From Utricularia gibba (Eukaryota; Plantae; Magnoliophyta), in contig CM007989.1 of the NCBI GenBank assembly GCA_002189035.1, positions 1,550,001 to 1,614,000 of the forward strand: 64,000 nucleotides of DNA, in the 5' to 3' direction. The translations under genes and the position numbers were made by a program. Positions 49,303 to 60,404 of the stretch are shown piece by piece. Under the pieces are notes generated by a model, which ran no database searches, was not told the DNA's origin, and saw only the letters and a program-made list of their open reading frames with translations. The stretch's first letter is position 1. Each line of letters opens with the position of its first letter.

Positions 49303-49937
49303 CAGGTGACTCCTAGTTTTCTGTATGAGGGTTTGTATGACGTTTAACTAATTGCTCTACTTGTAATGCCAAATGGATTGATTTATTCCACGGTAATAAT
49401 AACCTGGTATAAGAAGGCATTGCTTAACAGACAATGTACATTCCTTTCCAATTACATCTAGTCCCAAATACTCAATACACAACACCAGCATGACGCTCAA
49501 GCGGTCAAGGAACATTTGGGTTGGGGGCCTTCAGAAAAACAAGCCACCCTCCGTACACCATGGATAAGGAGGCCATAGAGCATCCTGCGGATCAAACCTC
49601 TTGCTGAGGCATAAATGAACCTGCATATCATGAAAGTTTGTTCCTTTATGATCTGTCTCAGTAATCTCAAAAAGGAGCTACACAGAAAATGGGAACTTTT
49701 AACAAGGGAGACACTAACTACAGGCCTCAGATTAGCATATTGGCACATTCATCACAGCAGCAACAACTCCTAGGTAAAACCCGGGATGCGCATTGATGTT
49801 ATTGAAGCTTCGGCCAAGAAGTTTTCGTCACAGGCAACATAAGGATAACCCCGATCCATTGACAGCTAATGCAAGTTCAAAAATCACCAAAAAGAGTACG
49901 CGAAAAGAGATAAAAGCACACAACCTGAAACGCATCT

Positions 49938-50471
49938 TCAAGAAGTTGCACTAGGATCACTAATAACGCCCAAAAAGTCATCTTTTATCGTTCCGACGCA
50001 GAAAATTTCAGTAGCATCAACACGGGTCCCAATTATCTTCAACCTAATTTCACTATCCTTCTGAATCTTGACCGACCCATCAGAAGTCGTATAATTAGGC
50101 ATATCCCCGGCTTGGAACTCCATGTCATCGGGAATTAAGTGGTTAGAAACGAAAATCTGAACAGGCCCGGCTTCCGCAAAGAAGCCCATCTTGTTTACCA
50201 TCGTCACGACGGCTTCGAGAATCTCCCCCTTAAAGGGTCGGAACACCACGCACTGATACTTCACCGGAAACGTGACGAATCCCGATCCGTCACGAATCAG
50301 TCCTTTACCGACGCTGTCTATACCAGTAATCGCCACGATGAAGCCATGGCGACCGCTGCAAGTCCCCTCGACATCTTTCAGCAGCTTTGCCACAAGCTTA
50401 TCGCGGAGATCTCGCCCAAAATGGCGAGGATGCAGCTGCATATTCCGCTCCAATACTATGTGAAAAAACAT
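49938..50471 (-). CDS. NRPB7: RNA polymerase II subunit RPB7, intronless
   Basis: MFFHIVLERNMQLHP, VFRPFKGEILEAVV and IGTRVDATEIFCVGTIKDDFLG in one uninterrupted 177-codon ORF. Site-II motifs (TGGGCC/GGCCCA) at ~50584-50596. Confidence 0.95.
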   Translation of the reverse strand: MFFHIVLERNMQLHPRHFGRDLRDKLVAKLLKDVEGTCSGRHGFIVAITGIDSVGKGLIRDGSGFVTFPVKYQCVVFRPFKGEILEAVVTMVNKMGFFAEAGPVQIFVSNHLIPDDMEFQAGDMPNYTTSDGSVKIQKDSEIRLKIIGTRVDATEIFCVGTIKDDFLGVISDPSATS

Positions 50472-51022
50472 CCTCTCCGGGAGCAGGAATCGTAAGCAAA
50501 CCAGCGACGCCCGCGACGAGAAATGAGATTTCAACTTAGGGCTTCTCCAAGATGATGAATTTATAGGGCTCACATATTCTTTTTGGGCCGAGGCCCATAC
50601 ATCCTTACTCACCTATATTTTAAAATTAATAAGTCGACTAATTTCCTCGCTTAATTGATAATATAGCCTGATATTCTTCTATTATAGAATAATAAATTAA
50701 ATAAATTCAACGAAAAATAAAAAAAATCATTGTATTATATATATAGTGGATATTTTAAAATGAAATTTGGATTTTGAAAAAGGTTATTACTATAATACCC
50801 CTATGTTCGATTGGTACAAGAAAAAGTGTTTCCAGAGGCCGCCGTACGCTTCGTCTCTGTTCATCAAAATCTGTACAAAAACTAGCATTCCGCACATGCA
50901 AATTCATGGATTTTGATGAGAAAAATCTGAGGAACAAGCAAATCTGGATGGTGGCATCGCCCCTTGTGAATGACTCCATAGCCAGGAGCAAAATGGCGAT
51001 TGCACATACGCAGGAAGACTAG

Positions 51023-52255
51023 CTAATGTTCGATCTTTGCAAACCGACCCCTGATCCTGGTCCTGGATTCTGCCCGAACCTTCCTCGATTCGTACCGAAT
51101 CTGCTTCTCGTACCTGTCGGAATCGAATCATATGAAAGACTCAGATGTGGGGAAATAAGCAAATGAGTTGACGCTCATCTGAGCTCAGCTCACCGTCTGG
51201 TTTTCTTTTTCTCCTTGTATCTCGAGAGTGCGCAATCCCTTTCTTGGGTGTTGAGCTCACGCACTGCACGCTTGAGAGGAACTTGGAAAACGTTCGCATC
51301 AGGAACAACATGGTTAGCATCACCAGTATCCGGATCCGTTTCTGAAGTCCAATTGTTTGCCTCAATCAAGGGGAAGCTTTGGCCCTGTTCAGATGAACTG
51401 ATCTGCTGCGAACATGAAGAGGGGTGTCAAGTAGAGGGAACCAGCAAGGCGCTAATGAAATGAGTCCTGGGGTTACCTCACAAAAAGGAACTGGTAAACT
51501 TGGGGCCTGCAGCTGCAGCCGCAGCTTTGCACAATTCTCGGTTCCTGATTCATCAAAATCTCCAACACAAGTGTGGAGTTTATGTTCGTTTGTAGCCATT
51601 TCACGAAGCTGCCTTAGTATATCTTCCTTGTGTTTGCCACAAATCGCGTTCCTATTCTGAAATTTGTACATGAAAGTATGAAGTACAGATCTTTTTTTTT
51701 TCCAAGGCATGATGCGAAAAATTGAGAAACCAGAACCTTGGGCAGAGGAGGAACGTCCATAGCTTGAAAACTATGTGGAGAATCAGCAGAATCCTTGGTA
51801 ACAATCGCGTTATCGAGATTGACAACAGAAGCAGTTTCCCAAACCAACAAATCCATCCACCCATCCTCCTCGTCATCACTTTTCTTGGTCAAATCCTCCA
51901 ACCCCAGAAAACTCAGCAACTCGGTAAAAGAAGGGCACCCACTAAAACCCTCAATCGGTCTCCGATCGTGAACCGTCACGAAGTTCCCGTGAAGCTCCCA
52001 ATCACAATTTTGACAGAGAACGGTGGACTCAGTAGAACAGAAAATCGAACAGGGCGCGGAGTCGCAGCCGTCGCAGAGAAGAGAGCGGGCGTGTTTCTGG
52101 AAAAGGGGATTCGAGAAATGGGCTTCTCGATCGCAGTTGAAACAGAGCCTTGCGGAATCGGCACGGCAGTAGAGAAACGCCTTTGAGGAGTTGCACAAAT
52201 CGCAGAGACGCGGACATGGCCAAGGCCGAGCTCCGTTAGCAGGGAGAAAACTCAT
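51023..52255 (-). CDS. COL13: CONSTANS-like B-box/CCT protein (COL13-like), 4 exons
   Basis: Two B-boxes (CDLC..YCRADSARLCFNCD; CDGC..LCQNCD), DVPPLPK/NRNAICGKHK and CCT ALSRYKEKKKTRR/YEKQIRYESRKVRAESRTRIRGRFAK. Confidence 0.88.
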
Positions 52256-52909
52256 CCCTAAAACCCAGATTTCAGAAGCTCTAGGCTCGGGATGGAGATG
52301 GATTGAGCGGCCCCCGAAGCCGTCAAAAGTTCGCGAGTCCGAGAAGAAGCGAGAATCTCAAGAATCTTATCGCCTACTCCTTCCATTGGGGTCCGTGTGT
52401 CCGTACACCCATGTTCTCACTGGTGTGGATGAAAAAAATTTAACACAAAACACCAAATTCTGTATTCTCCAGATCTCACATAAACCAAAATCAGTACACA
52501 GCATCTTTTAAAATTCCGACTCCCTCTGTCTCAGGAAATAATGTCGTCAAAGGATGCCTTGTCTTCTCGCCTACAGAAAAAGCACGAACCCTACATGGCT
52601 ACATATCATTCGAAAAAAAAAAGAAATGCATCCGAAAAAACGGGAACAATTGCAACCGTTTTTTCAACGGCTTTATAAAATACCGTTACATGCATGCACT
52701 CCCAATGGGCTTTGTGCAGTGTTTTTTTAATTTCACTTCCATTATTTCTAAAAAAAAAAGCTTCTATTGACTCTTTATACTTACGATTTCTTTTTAATTT
52801 TACTTTTCGAAAATGATTTTTCAAAAAAGATTTCTAATAAAATATATATAGGATAAAAGTACTTGGTCTCACATATAAAAATTTGTATACAATCCCACCT
52901 TGAGAAGTT

Positions 52910-52928
52910 TGCGTCAGCCATTACGTCA
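52910..52928 (-). promoter_or_regulatory. as-1/ocs element copy 1 (TGACGTAAtggcTGACGCA)
   Basis: Two TGACG half-sites 12 bp apart; 17/19 identical to CaMV 35S as-1 (TGACGTAAGGGATGACGCA). Confidence 0.85.
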
Positions 52929-53274
52929 TTCGTGAGGCTCCCCCAACGTAATAATAATGAAAAAAAACATTAAACCTCATATTTAAAATGATTTAATTCT
53001 AATTTTATTGTACTCTTATTTTTTTTGTTTTTAATTTTATCTATTTAAAAAATACATTTATATCATAATGTTAAATTATATAATAATTTAATATATTAAA
53101 TTTCATAATATATATCTATTTTATTAAATTTTATATTATCCTATAAAATATTTTACAATCTCAAATAAATATATTTATATAATATTAAGAGTGACTATAT
53201 TCTATTTGAACCACAACTTCAAATTATAGAATAAGTTGTAATCTTTTTCCAAATTCATGTTCCTTTGATAAGTT

Positions 53275-53293
53275 TGCGTCAGCCCTTACGTCA
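53275..53293 (-). promoter_or_regulatory. as-1/ocs element copy 2 (TGACGTAAgggcTGACGCA)
   Basis: 18/19 identical to CaMV 35S as-1. Confidence 0.88.
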
Positions 53294-54683
53294 TGCGTGC
53301 GGCTCCCAACGTAATAATAATTAGAAAAAAAACACGAAACCTCATATTTAAAATGATTTAATTCTAATTTTATTGTACTCTTATTTTTTTGTTTTTAAAT
53401 AATTTATTAATAACATCGCATTTTATATTTGATATCTAAAATCATGTGAAAATAATTGTGTTACAGACCTGGGCCCACACGGTGGAACTGGATAAAGCTC
53501 TTGGGAACGAGCATGGAGGAGACAGGGACGACCCATGAAGCGCAGACCACAGGCTACGAATGTGAACCGGAAAGAGGCGGCAACTGCCGGTAAACATCGT
53601 CTTCGGATCCAACTCATGACTCCACCCAGAAAAGGTTTTCCCTTTTGAGGAATTCGGACAAGTTCCTCCCACCCGGTGGCCCTACGTCTGTCGTCCACCG
53701 GATTCCTTCAAATCCAAAGAAAATAACTACAGAGCTCTGGAGCCACGTTTGATTCGTTTTCATGTGTAAAGGCGTCGCGCCTCGCAGCTGTGAGCTTAAG
53801 CATCGAAAGAAACATGGATGCGAATTCCGGAACTTTCAGTATTGTATTCAATGGAACTCCAGAACAAAAAGATGCTATCGAAATTCTGGGACACTCCTGC
53901 TGTTATTGATCAGAAAAGAATACAAAATTGGTTGCAAACAAAGCTAGTTAAATAAACAGCAACCAACAAACTATGCGGAAGTATGACTCAGATAAACAAC
54001 CATGATATTCTCCCTGTGAATCGTTAACAACTAATTTATCACAGAACGCTCCTCCGAGAGATGAGGGGTCATCGGTAATACAATAAACAATTCCAAATCG
54101 AAACTTGACAACGAAATAATTTAGTATATGAAAAATTGTGGATATATTGTTTATTGTATATTTGAATATCAGGGATACTTCATTTCATTTCAACAAAGGG
54201 GTGGACGGCCCTCTTACTTTGTCATACATTTGATCAGGAAGAACTATCATCGTCTTTGACAGCAGCCCATTGGACAGGCATCCATTCTTCATTGAGTTCT
54301 TCGGACACGAGCTGCTGGTTTGAAAACCAACTGTGTATCAGCAATGGGATGTAGAGCTTAGCAGAAATTAGAGCTGCATAAAACAATCCTGGATTCAAAC
54401 TTCGAGTCTCTAGGCTAATCGTCTGCCTTTTTTTAGGCACACTGGGACTTTTTTTTTAGGGTTTAGGGTCTTCAATACTAAGTTGTGGAAGAAAAAAACT
54501 CGTAAAAAATTTGATTTTTTTTATTCCTTTTAACGTTTCAAACCAGAGCTCAACAAGCAAGAAACTGGGTACTGCGAACGACACGCCACGACTTCATGCT
54601 ACATCCAAACTAAGAAACAAGTCATGTCTTATTGCTGTAGTATAACCAGGGCAGTGGGAGATAAGCGAGGCTGTGTGGGATCA

Positions 54684-54995
54684 TTAAGTGAGGGGGAGGT
54701 TCTGGTATGGCCTGAGGAGCGGGACGAGGCGGCCGCCGAGATGATGCGACATGACCTCGTTCGTCGATCCGATGAGCTGGCCGCCGATGAAGACGGTGGG
54801 GACGGGGCTACTGCAGCCTAATTTTCTGAGGGCTCTCTCGACTTCCTTCCCGTCGAGCTCACTGTCTAGTTCGTAGACCGTGGGGTGTACCCGGAGTTCT
54901 TGGAAGAGCATCTGGACCGCGTAGCAAAGGCAGCAGGTGCTCTTGCTGAAGATCAGGACCCCGTTCGCGGATTTCAGTTTCGATATCTTCTCCAT
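54684..54995 (-). CDS. CC-type glutaredoxin (ROXY8/ROXY9-CEPD2-like, CCLC, no ALWL tail)
   Basis: MEKISKL..GVLIFSKSTCCLCYAVQMLF, VPTVFIGG.LIGSTNEVMSHHL and LVPLLRPYQ. TATA (CTATATAA on the minus strand) at ~55078-55085. Confidence 0.9.
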   Translation of the reverse strand: MEKISKLKSANGVLIFSKSTCCLCYAVQMLFQELRVHPTVYELDSELDGKEVERALRKLGCSSPVPTVFIGGQLIGSTNEVMSHHLGGRLVPLLRPYQNLPLT

Positions 54996-56089
54996 GCCGA
55001 CGCCGGCCAAAGCCACACAATGTGAAGGAAGACTGTGGGGTTTTGGGTTCAGGCGTCCAGCTTCGATGGGGCGTTTACTTATATAGGGAGGGAATTCCAG
55101 GTTTCGATTCAACTCTTCCGTGCTACGATCGCTGTGCAGGAGGAACAGGTATTTCAAGACAGAATAGCAGGGTGCATGTATTGGAAACCAGCTGAAAAGC
55201 ACTTTATGTCACAGCGACATGTAAGTGAGATATGGCAGTAGAACAAGTTGAAAAAATGATGAGGAGGAACTTGTTCCTTCTACCGACTTTTTAGCAAATT
55301 CTTAACACAACCATTTTCAGCCGTTGTATGATTTTGTTTCATCTCATGAACAAAACAAAACGGCGGCTGTCAATTATCTCGCAAGATTCTTACAAGAATC
55401 CGCATGTCAAGGATAGATGGAATCTAGAAATTTTCCAGAGGATCTTAGCCCCAAGTTGATCGCATTAGAAAAAGAAATTATAACACAAAAATATTCGATA
55501 TGATAAGATCCACGAATTTTTTCGACAGAAGATCAGATTAGATGAAATGTAGACTACAAGCAGCTGAAACGTGACCGTGGCTTTGTATTTGTGGCGATTG
55601 ATGTTCTTGCGAGCAAGCTTAAAGAGGTTAGTGGATGCGGGGAATATGCGCGATTCCGGAAAGATAAGGCCTCTAGAACCGAACATGTGCCTCCCTGCGC
55701 CTGGTGGGCTTCATTCTCGAACAGATGCCTGATTTGAATGAAACCAGGGAAGAGGAGGACACCAACTGCACCATGTTTCATTACCATCTTCCCTGTATTT
55801 ACATGTCGCCGGAGTGAGTATCAATGCTGGGATTTGCAGACTGGGCTCTGTGATCCGGTTCAGCAGACCTGCGGTTCTGGTTGTAGCTTGAAGCATACAA
55901 AGTAATATTTGCTTTGGTGAGCTTATTTTATGTCTGAAAGCATAGGAACCACTCAATGGGGATGCTTGCGTTGCCAACTGGTTCACGTTCTGAGAAGTAT
56001 GGGGTCCGCAGGAAGGAATAGCCATTTCGCGTTATCTTCACAACTGCGGACGCCATTTCATTCTCAACTCGAGTCCTCTTTCTTGCGCC

Positions 56090-56868
56090 ATGGCTGCACC
56101 AGCGGCACCTTCCTTATTTTCACCAACAGCCAGCGCCACCAGACTAGGGAGAATTGGAACAGCAAGGTTTGGTGCGGTTCGTGTGTCGGCTGAGCGAGGT
56201 GGTGGCTCCGGTAACGATGGGGGCGGCAGAGGGCGCCTCCGGGGGTGGACACAAGGATTCATTGGGAGAGTGAGGATGAGGGATGGATAGGGGAAGGATC
56301 ATCACAGGACAAGTTCAGGGAGTTGCTAGGAGAAGGATTATCTGACTCGCTTGATAGCTCTACAGATTCTTACTACCGGTACTGACTGCAGGTTGAATGG
56401 AATTAGATCATGGGTTCCAATACTCACATGAAATAATGTTCATGCTTAAGGTTTCTGGGAGTATCCACAAACGCTGATCTGGAAGAGATCAAGGCAGCGT
56501 ACCGTAGACTATCCAAGGAATATCATCCTGACACGACGACACTTCCTCTGAAAACTGCTTCAGAGAAGTTCATGAAACTAAGGGAAATCTACAATGTCCT
56601 ATGCGATGATGAGAAGAGAAAGTTCTACGACTGGACTCTGATGCAGGAGGTAGCAAGCAGGGAAGCAGAGAAACTGAGGATGAAGCTTGAAGATCCCTAC
56701 ATGAAGGAAGTGGAGAACTGGGTATCAGTTCCTGATATGGTTGATCGTCTGGGCGGAAGGAATATGGAGCTGAATGATCAAGCCAAACAAGCCCTTACCT
56801 TCGATGTTTTGGTCATTCTAGTCTCTATGTGTTGTATAGCATATGTAATCTTCTTTAAACAAACATAA
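56090..56868 (+). CDS. NdhT: NDH subunit T / CRRJ (J-domain); one intron; apparent 1-bp deletion in the G-run at ~56221
   Basis: After frame correction: RAPPGVDTRIHWESEDEGWIG, FLGVSTNADLEEIKAAYRRLSKEYHPD and PDMVDRLGGRNMEL. Confidence 0.9.
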
Positions 56869-57129
56869 GGTCTCCTTTCCCAAGCCTGAAGCAAAACAAT
56901 AGAAGCAAAGCCAAAGATACACAACTTTATTGAATCTCAGCATCACCAAGCGCAGGAAACATAACACCTCAAGAAGATCTATAGCACTTGAATTGAATAA
57001 AACACCTTTTACTGAATCTCAGCGTTCCCAAGTGCATAAAACTTCACAAATCCTCAACATGTATCACATAAGAGGGAGTATTGTGAAAAACCATACCTTA
57101 GCGATGGCTTCATCTTGAATTCGAGGGAA

Positions 57130-57586
57130 CTAACGCGTCTCTTGAATGAAGTCTTTCAATATGGGGGTATTCAGTTCAATTCTTGCAGCCCCTCTCCAGT
57201 TTTCTACCGCTCTGTGAACGATTGATTCTGCCCTTTTAATCTCCTCAGCAGAGAACTTATGTTCAATTATTCCCAAAGGTCCAGGTTGTAAAACCTTCAC
57301 TACAGTTTCCATGTCATGTTCCAGCTCTCTGAAACCAAAAAACAATCACCATCAGACGATTCCAAAATCATGAACAGCTAAAAAGCTTCCACCGTTATCC
57401 GAAATAGGGGGGTAACGATCACACAAGTTGGAGATTTACTCGGTCCGATAACAACGATACGCAATTCCCATAAAACATCGAAAACCCGATTGACTGCCCG
57501 AAGATTACATTTCTACTTGAACATAACAAGAACAGGAACCTGAAGAGTGTTGGGAAGGGGAGCCTTCGCAGGGATGACAACGGCAT
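57130..57586 (-). CDS. Small (~80 aa) plant protein of unknown function, 2 exons (intron 57329-57539)
   Basis: In-frame splice gives MPLSSLRRLPFPTLFR/ELEHDMETVVKVLQPGPLGIIEHKFSAEEIKRA..RAVENW. The LQPGPLGIIEHKF motif is recalled as conserved in plants. Confidence 0.65.
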
Positions 57587-58279
57587 TCTCGTAGTTCCGC
57601 AGAACAGAAAAATCCGAAGAGTGGTCGCCGTCGGACTCCACGATGGAATAAACGGCCCAACCCGACCCAATTATTCCCTCCCTCCTTTTTCATTTTCTTT
57701 TCCTTTTTTTTGTGAATGAGAAACTATATAATTTACCTTATACTATGAGTTATACAAGGTGTTTGATATTATAATATAGATGACTTATATCAAGGTACAT
57801 AATTATTTGATTAACTAACATATGTATGTTAATTTTATATGACTATATCAATCATATACTCAAATGAATGGTATATATAAATATAAGATGACTAATAAGT
57901 AACATGACATATTTTATCATTGGTAGCATATAAAAAAATAATTTTCCTTTCAAACTTTAGTCATTGTGTTTTTCTTGTGAGTGTTCAACTACTATACTTC
58001 AAACTTTTTATTCTAGTATATGAAATACATATTTGTTATATATTTTACAATTAAATAAATAAATAAATAAATATATACCCAATTATATTACACTTAACAT
58101 ATTAATAACTTCTATTAAACGAATTCATATTAGTATTGCAATTGCACGATTTGCATTCAACCCTAAACCAAAACGACAGCGTTTCAGTGCACGATAAAGA
58201 TCCCACTTAATTCACTGTTATTGGAATTGTTCAGTGCACTAATCCAGAAAACAACACATGTGACGACCCGGGATGGGTC

Positions 58280-59154
58280 TCAAGTGCTAGTGATTCCACT
58301 TTCAGGCTCCTGTAGTAATCCTTGGAGCCTATTAGCCAAACTCTTCTTCGCCGCCGGGGAGACGCCATTTTTTCCGATGATTGACTCAAGCACAGCTTCT
58401 GAAAGCTGCTTGTTTTCAATAACCGCAGCTGCGGTTTCAGGAATCGACCCATCTTTAGAGAAGCTAATCTGCGGATTCAATAAATGAATCAAATCCAGAG
58501 AACTCATCATTGAAGAATGAGGGGAGCAGGGAGCTTCTTACAGTCAAAGAACCAGTGGGTGATTGAGTGAAGAGAATCGAGGATCCCGGTGGGAAGTTCT
58601 CGTTCTTAAAAGCTTCTAGAAACTTTTCCGTGGCTTCGGCCTCGGACTCGGTAAATTTTCCGATGGATTTCCAGTAAGCGGTGCAGTTCTCCACCACTTT
58701 CTCCGAGTACTGCTGGCCCGTCAACGGCAGGATCGTCGTCACATTGATGAATTTTTCGAATGGACCTACAATAATTTTCCAAATCCAGGGTTCAGAATAC
58801 CGAACGAATTGACATTGAGGGTCAATTGTCGTCACCTGTGACGATATCGAAATAGAAATCAACGGAATCCACCAATTCCGCCGCAGTCTTGCCCCTCCAC
58901 TTGGCGGCAAGAGCGCCGACAGCGGTAACCTCCAAATAGACGCCGATAGCCGTGAACTTGATGAATTTCCCCTGGATATCCAGTCCCCTGACGCCTGCCG
59001 CCAAGTATACAGATCAGAAACTAATCCACACCCCCAAAAGAGCTGTGCATACAATACCTGCGCCGCCGAGGATGAATGCACTGGTGGATCCAGGAGCCTT
59101 CACCGTAGACGGAAACACGACGGTTTCAATTTCGATCGGTGGCGGCGGACACAT
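58280..59154 (-). CDS. CHI: Chalcone isomerase type I, 4 exons
   Basis: [24 protein letters not shown] and LESIIG (Ser-Ile, type I). ACCTAAC MYB element upstream (~59243-59249, minus strand) and ACACGTGT at ~59533. Confidence 0.93.
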
Positions 59155-59685
59155 CTCGACGGCGAGTTCGGCTATGCTTGCAGATGTGAAGCGAAGGCAG
59201 AACTTGGAATAGATATAGCAACGAGGGAGGAATAGTTGAGCGTTAGGTGGAAGGAAGAGACTCTTGACCGCCACGAGTTTGTTCACAACTGCTCTGCTCT
59301 GTCTTCTGGTCGAAGCATCTTTACCAACCAAATTACAGAAATGCTGACATGGCATTTTCGGAAATTGAGTTATTTGTATTCATTTCCGGGATGAGGTATG
59401 GGGTGGGGAACGTGGGCGGTGGGTGTCACGAGGAAGCAGTTGTGGGGGCAAACGCCGGGGTGGAAGGTGGCGGGGAAAGTGGGCAAACATGCACCCACTC
59501 AAGTCGTCACCATGTACAAGGACTGCAAGTGAACACGTGTCAAATTTTGATTCAGTCAAAATTGTTTTTAAATAATTAAAAATAGTTTTGCGAGGCCAGA
59601 CAAGAAATATACGACAGGAAGTGGAAGGGGTTCGGAATTAGGGCGGGAACCTTGTCGATTTGAGTTTCTTGACAATCCTGGAGAA

Positions 59686-60336
59686 ATGTGGAGGAGAAGC
59701 AACCTTGTAATGGCATCGTCATTGTCGTTAGTTCTGCGATTCGTCTGCTGATACTTAATGGTTCTTTTGACTAAAGAAATTATTCTACGGTTCTAGGTTG
59801 GAAGTAGAGCAGCGCATGATCATGATTCTGGTCAGAGCATTTCAGGTTATCTTATGTTTTTTCTGCTTGAGAAGGTGGTGTTTTAGTTTCGATAAGGGCT
59901 GATAGTTCATTTGTTACTTTAGTTTGGATCGAAGTTTGGTTAATTTGCATCGAGCTAATTATGCGAGTTTAAAGTTCGTGCTTCAATGTATTTTCTTTGA
60001 TTGGGTGATAGAGGAGGAAGAAGGCTTAGAAGTTGGAGCGGATGGAGTTGTGCTTCCTTCAGATGGGGCTCAAAGGAGAAAGGTGTGCTCCTGCTGGATT
60101 TCAACTTTGGCGCATCCTGTATTATAAATTTTCTTTTTTTTTTTAAAGAAATCTCTTTGACGTTTTCTTGATAGTGTGATGTTTGATCTTCTCTTGCTTT
60201 ACCCCTATCTTTAAATTCTTAATATGCTAGGTGGAGATGCAAGTACTCTCTCAACTTGACATACTCAGAGGTTCTGTGAAGATTTTTTTTTTTAAATTGT
60301 CACTTCTTGAATATGATCCCAAGTTCAGCTGCGGAG

Positions 60337-60404
<68 letters not shown>

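Larger units (their letters stand above)
52904..53399. repeat. Two ~130-bp direct repeats (~52904-53032 and ~53269-53399), each starting with an as-1 element
   Basis: Blocks align by eye from AAGTTTGCGTCAGCC to ...CTCTTATTTTTTTGTTTTTAA. Confidence 0.9.

Noticed and set aside
53423-54440. ORFs at 53423-53698, 53442-53672 and 54234-54440
   Set aside because: No recognisable motifs or supported splice structure. Left unannotated, although transcription is not excluded.
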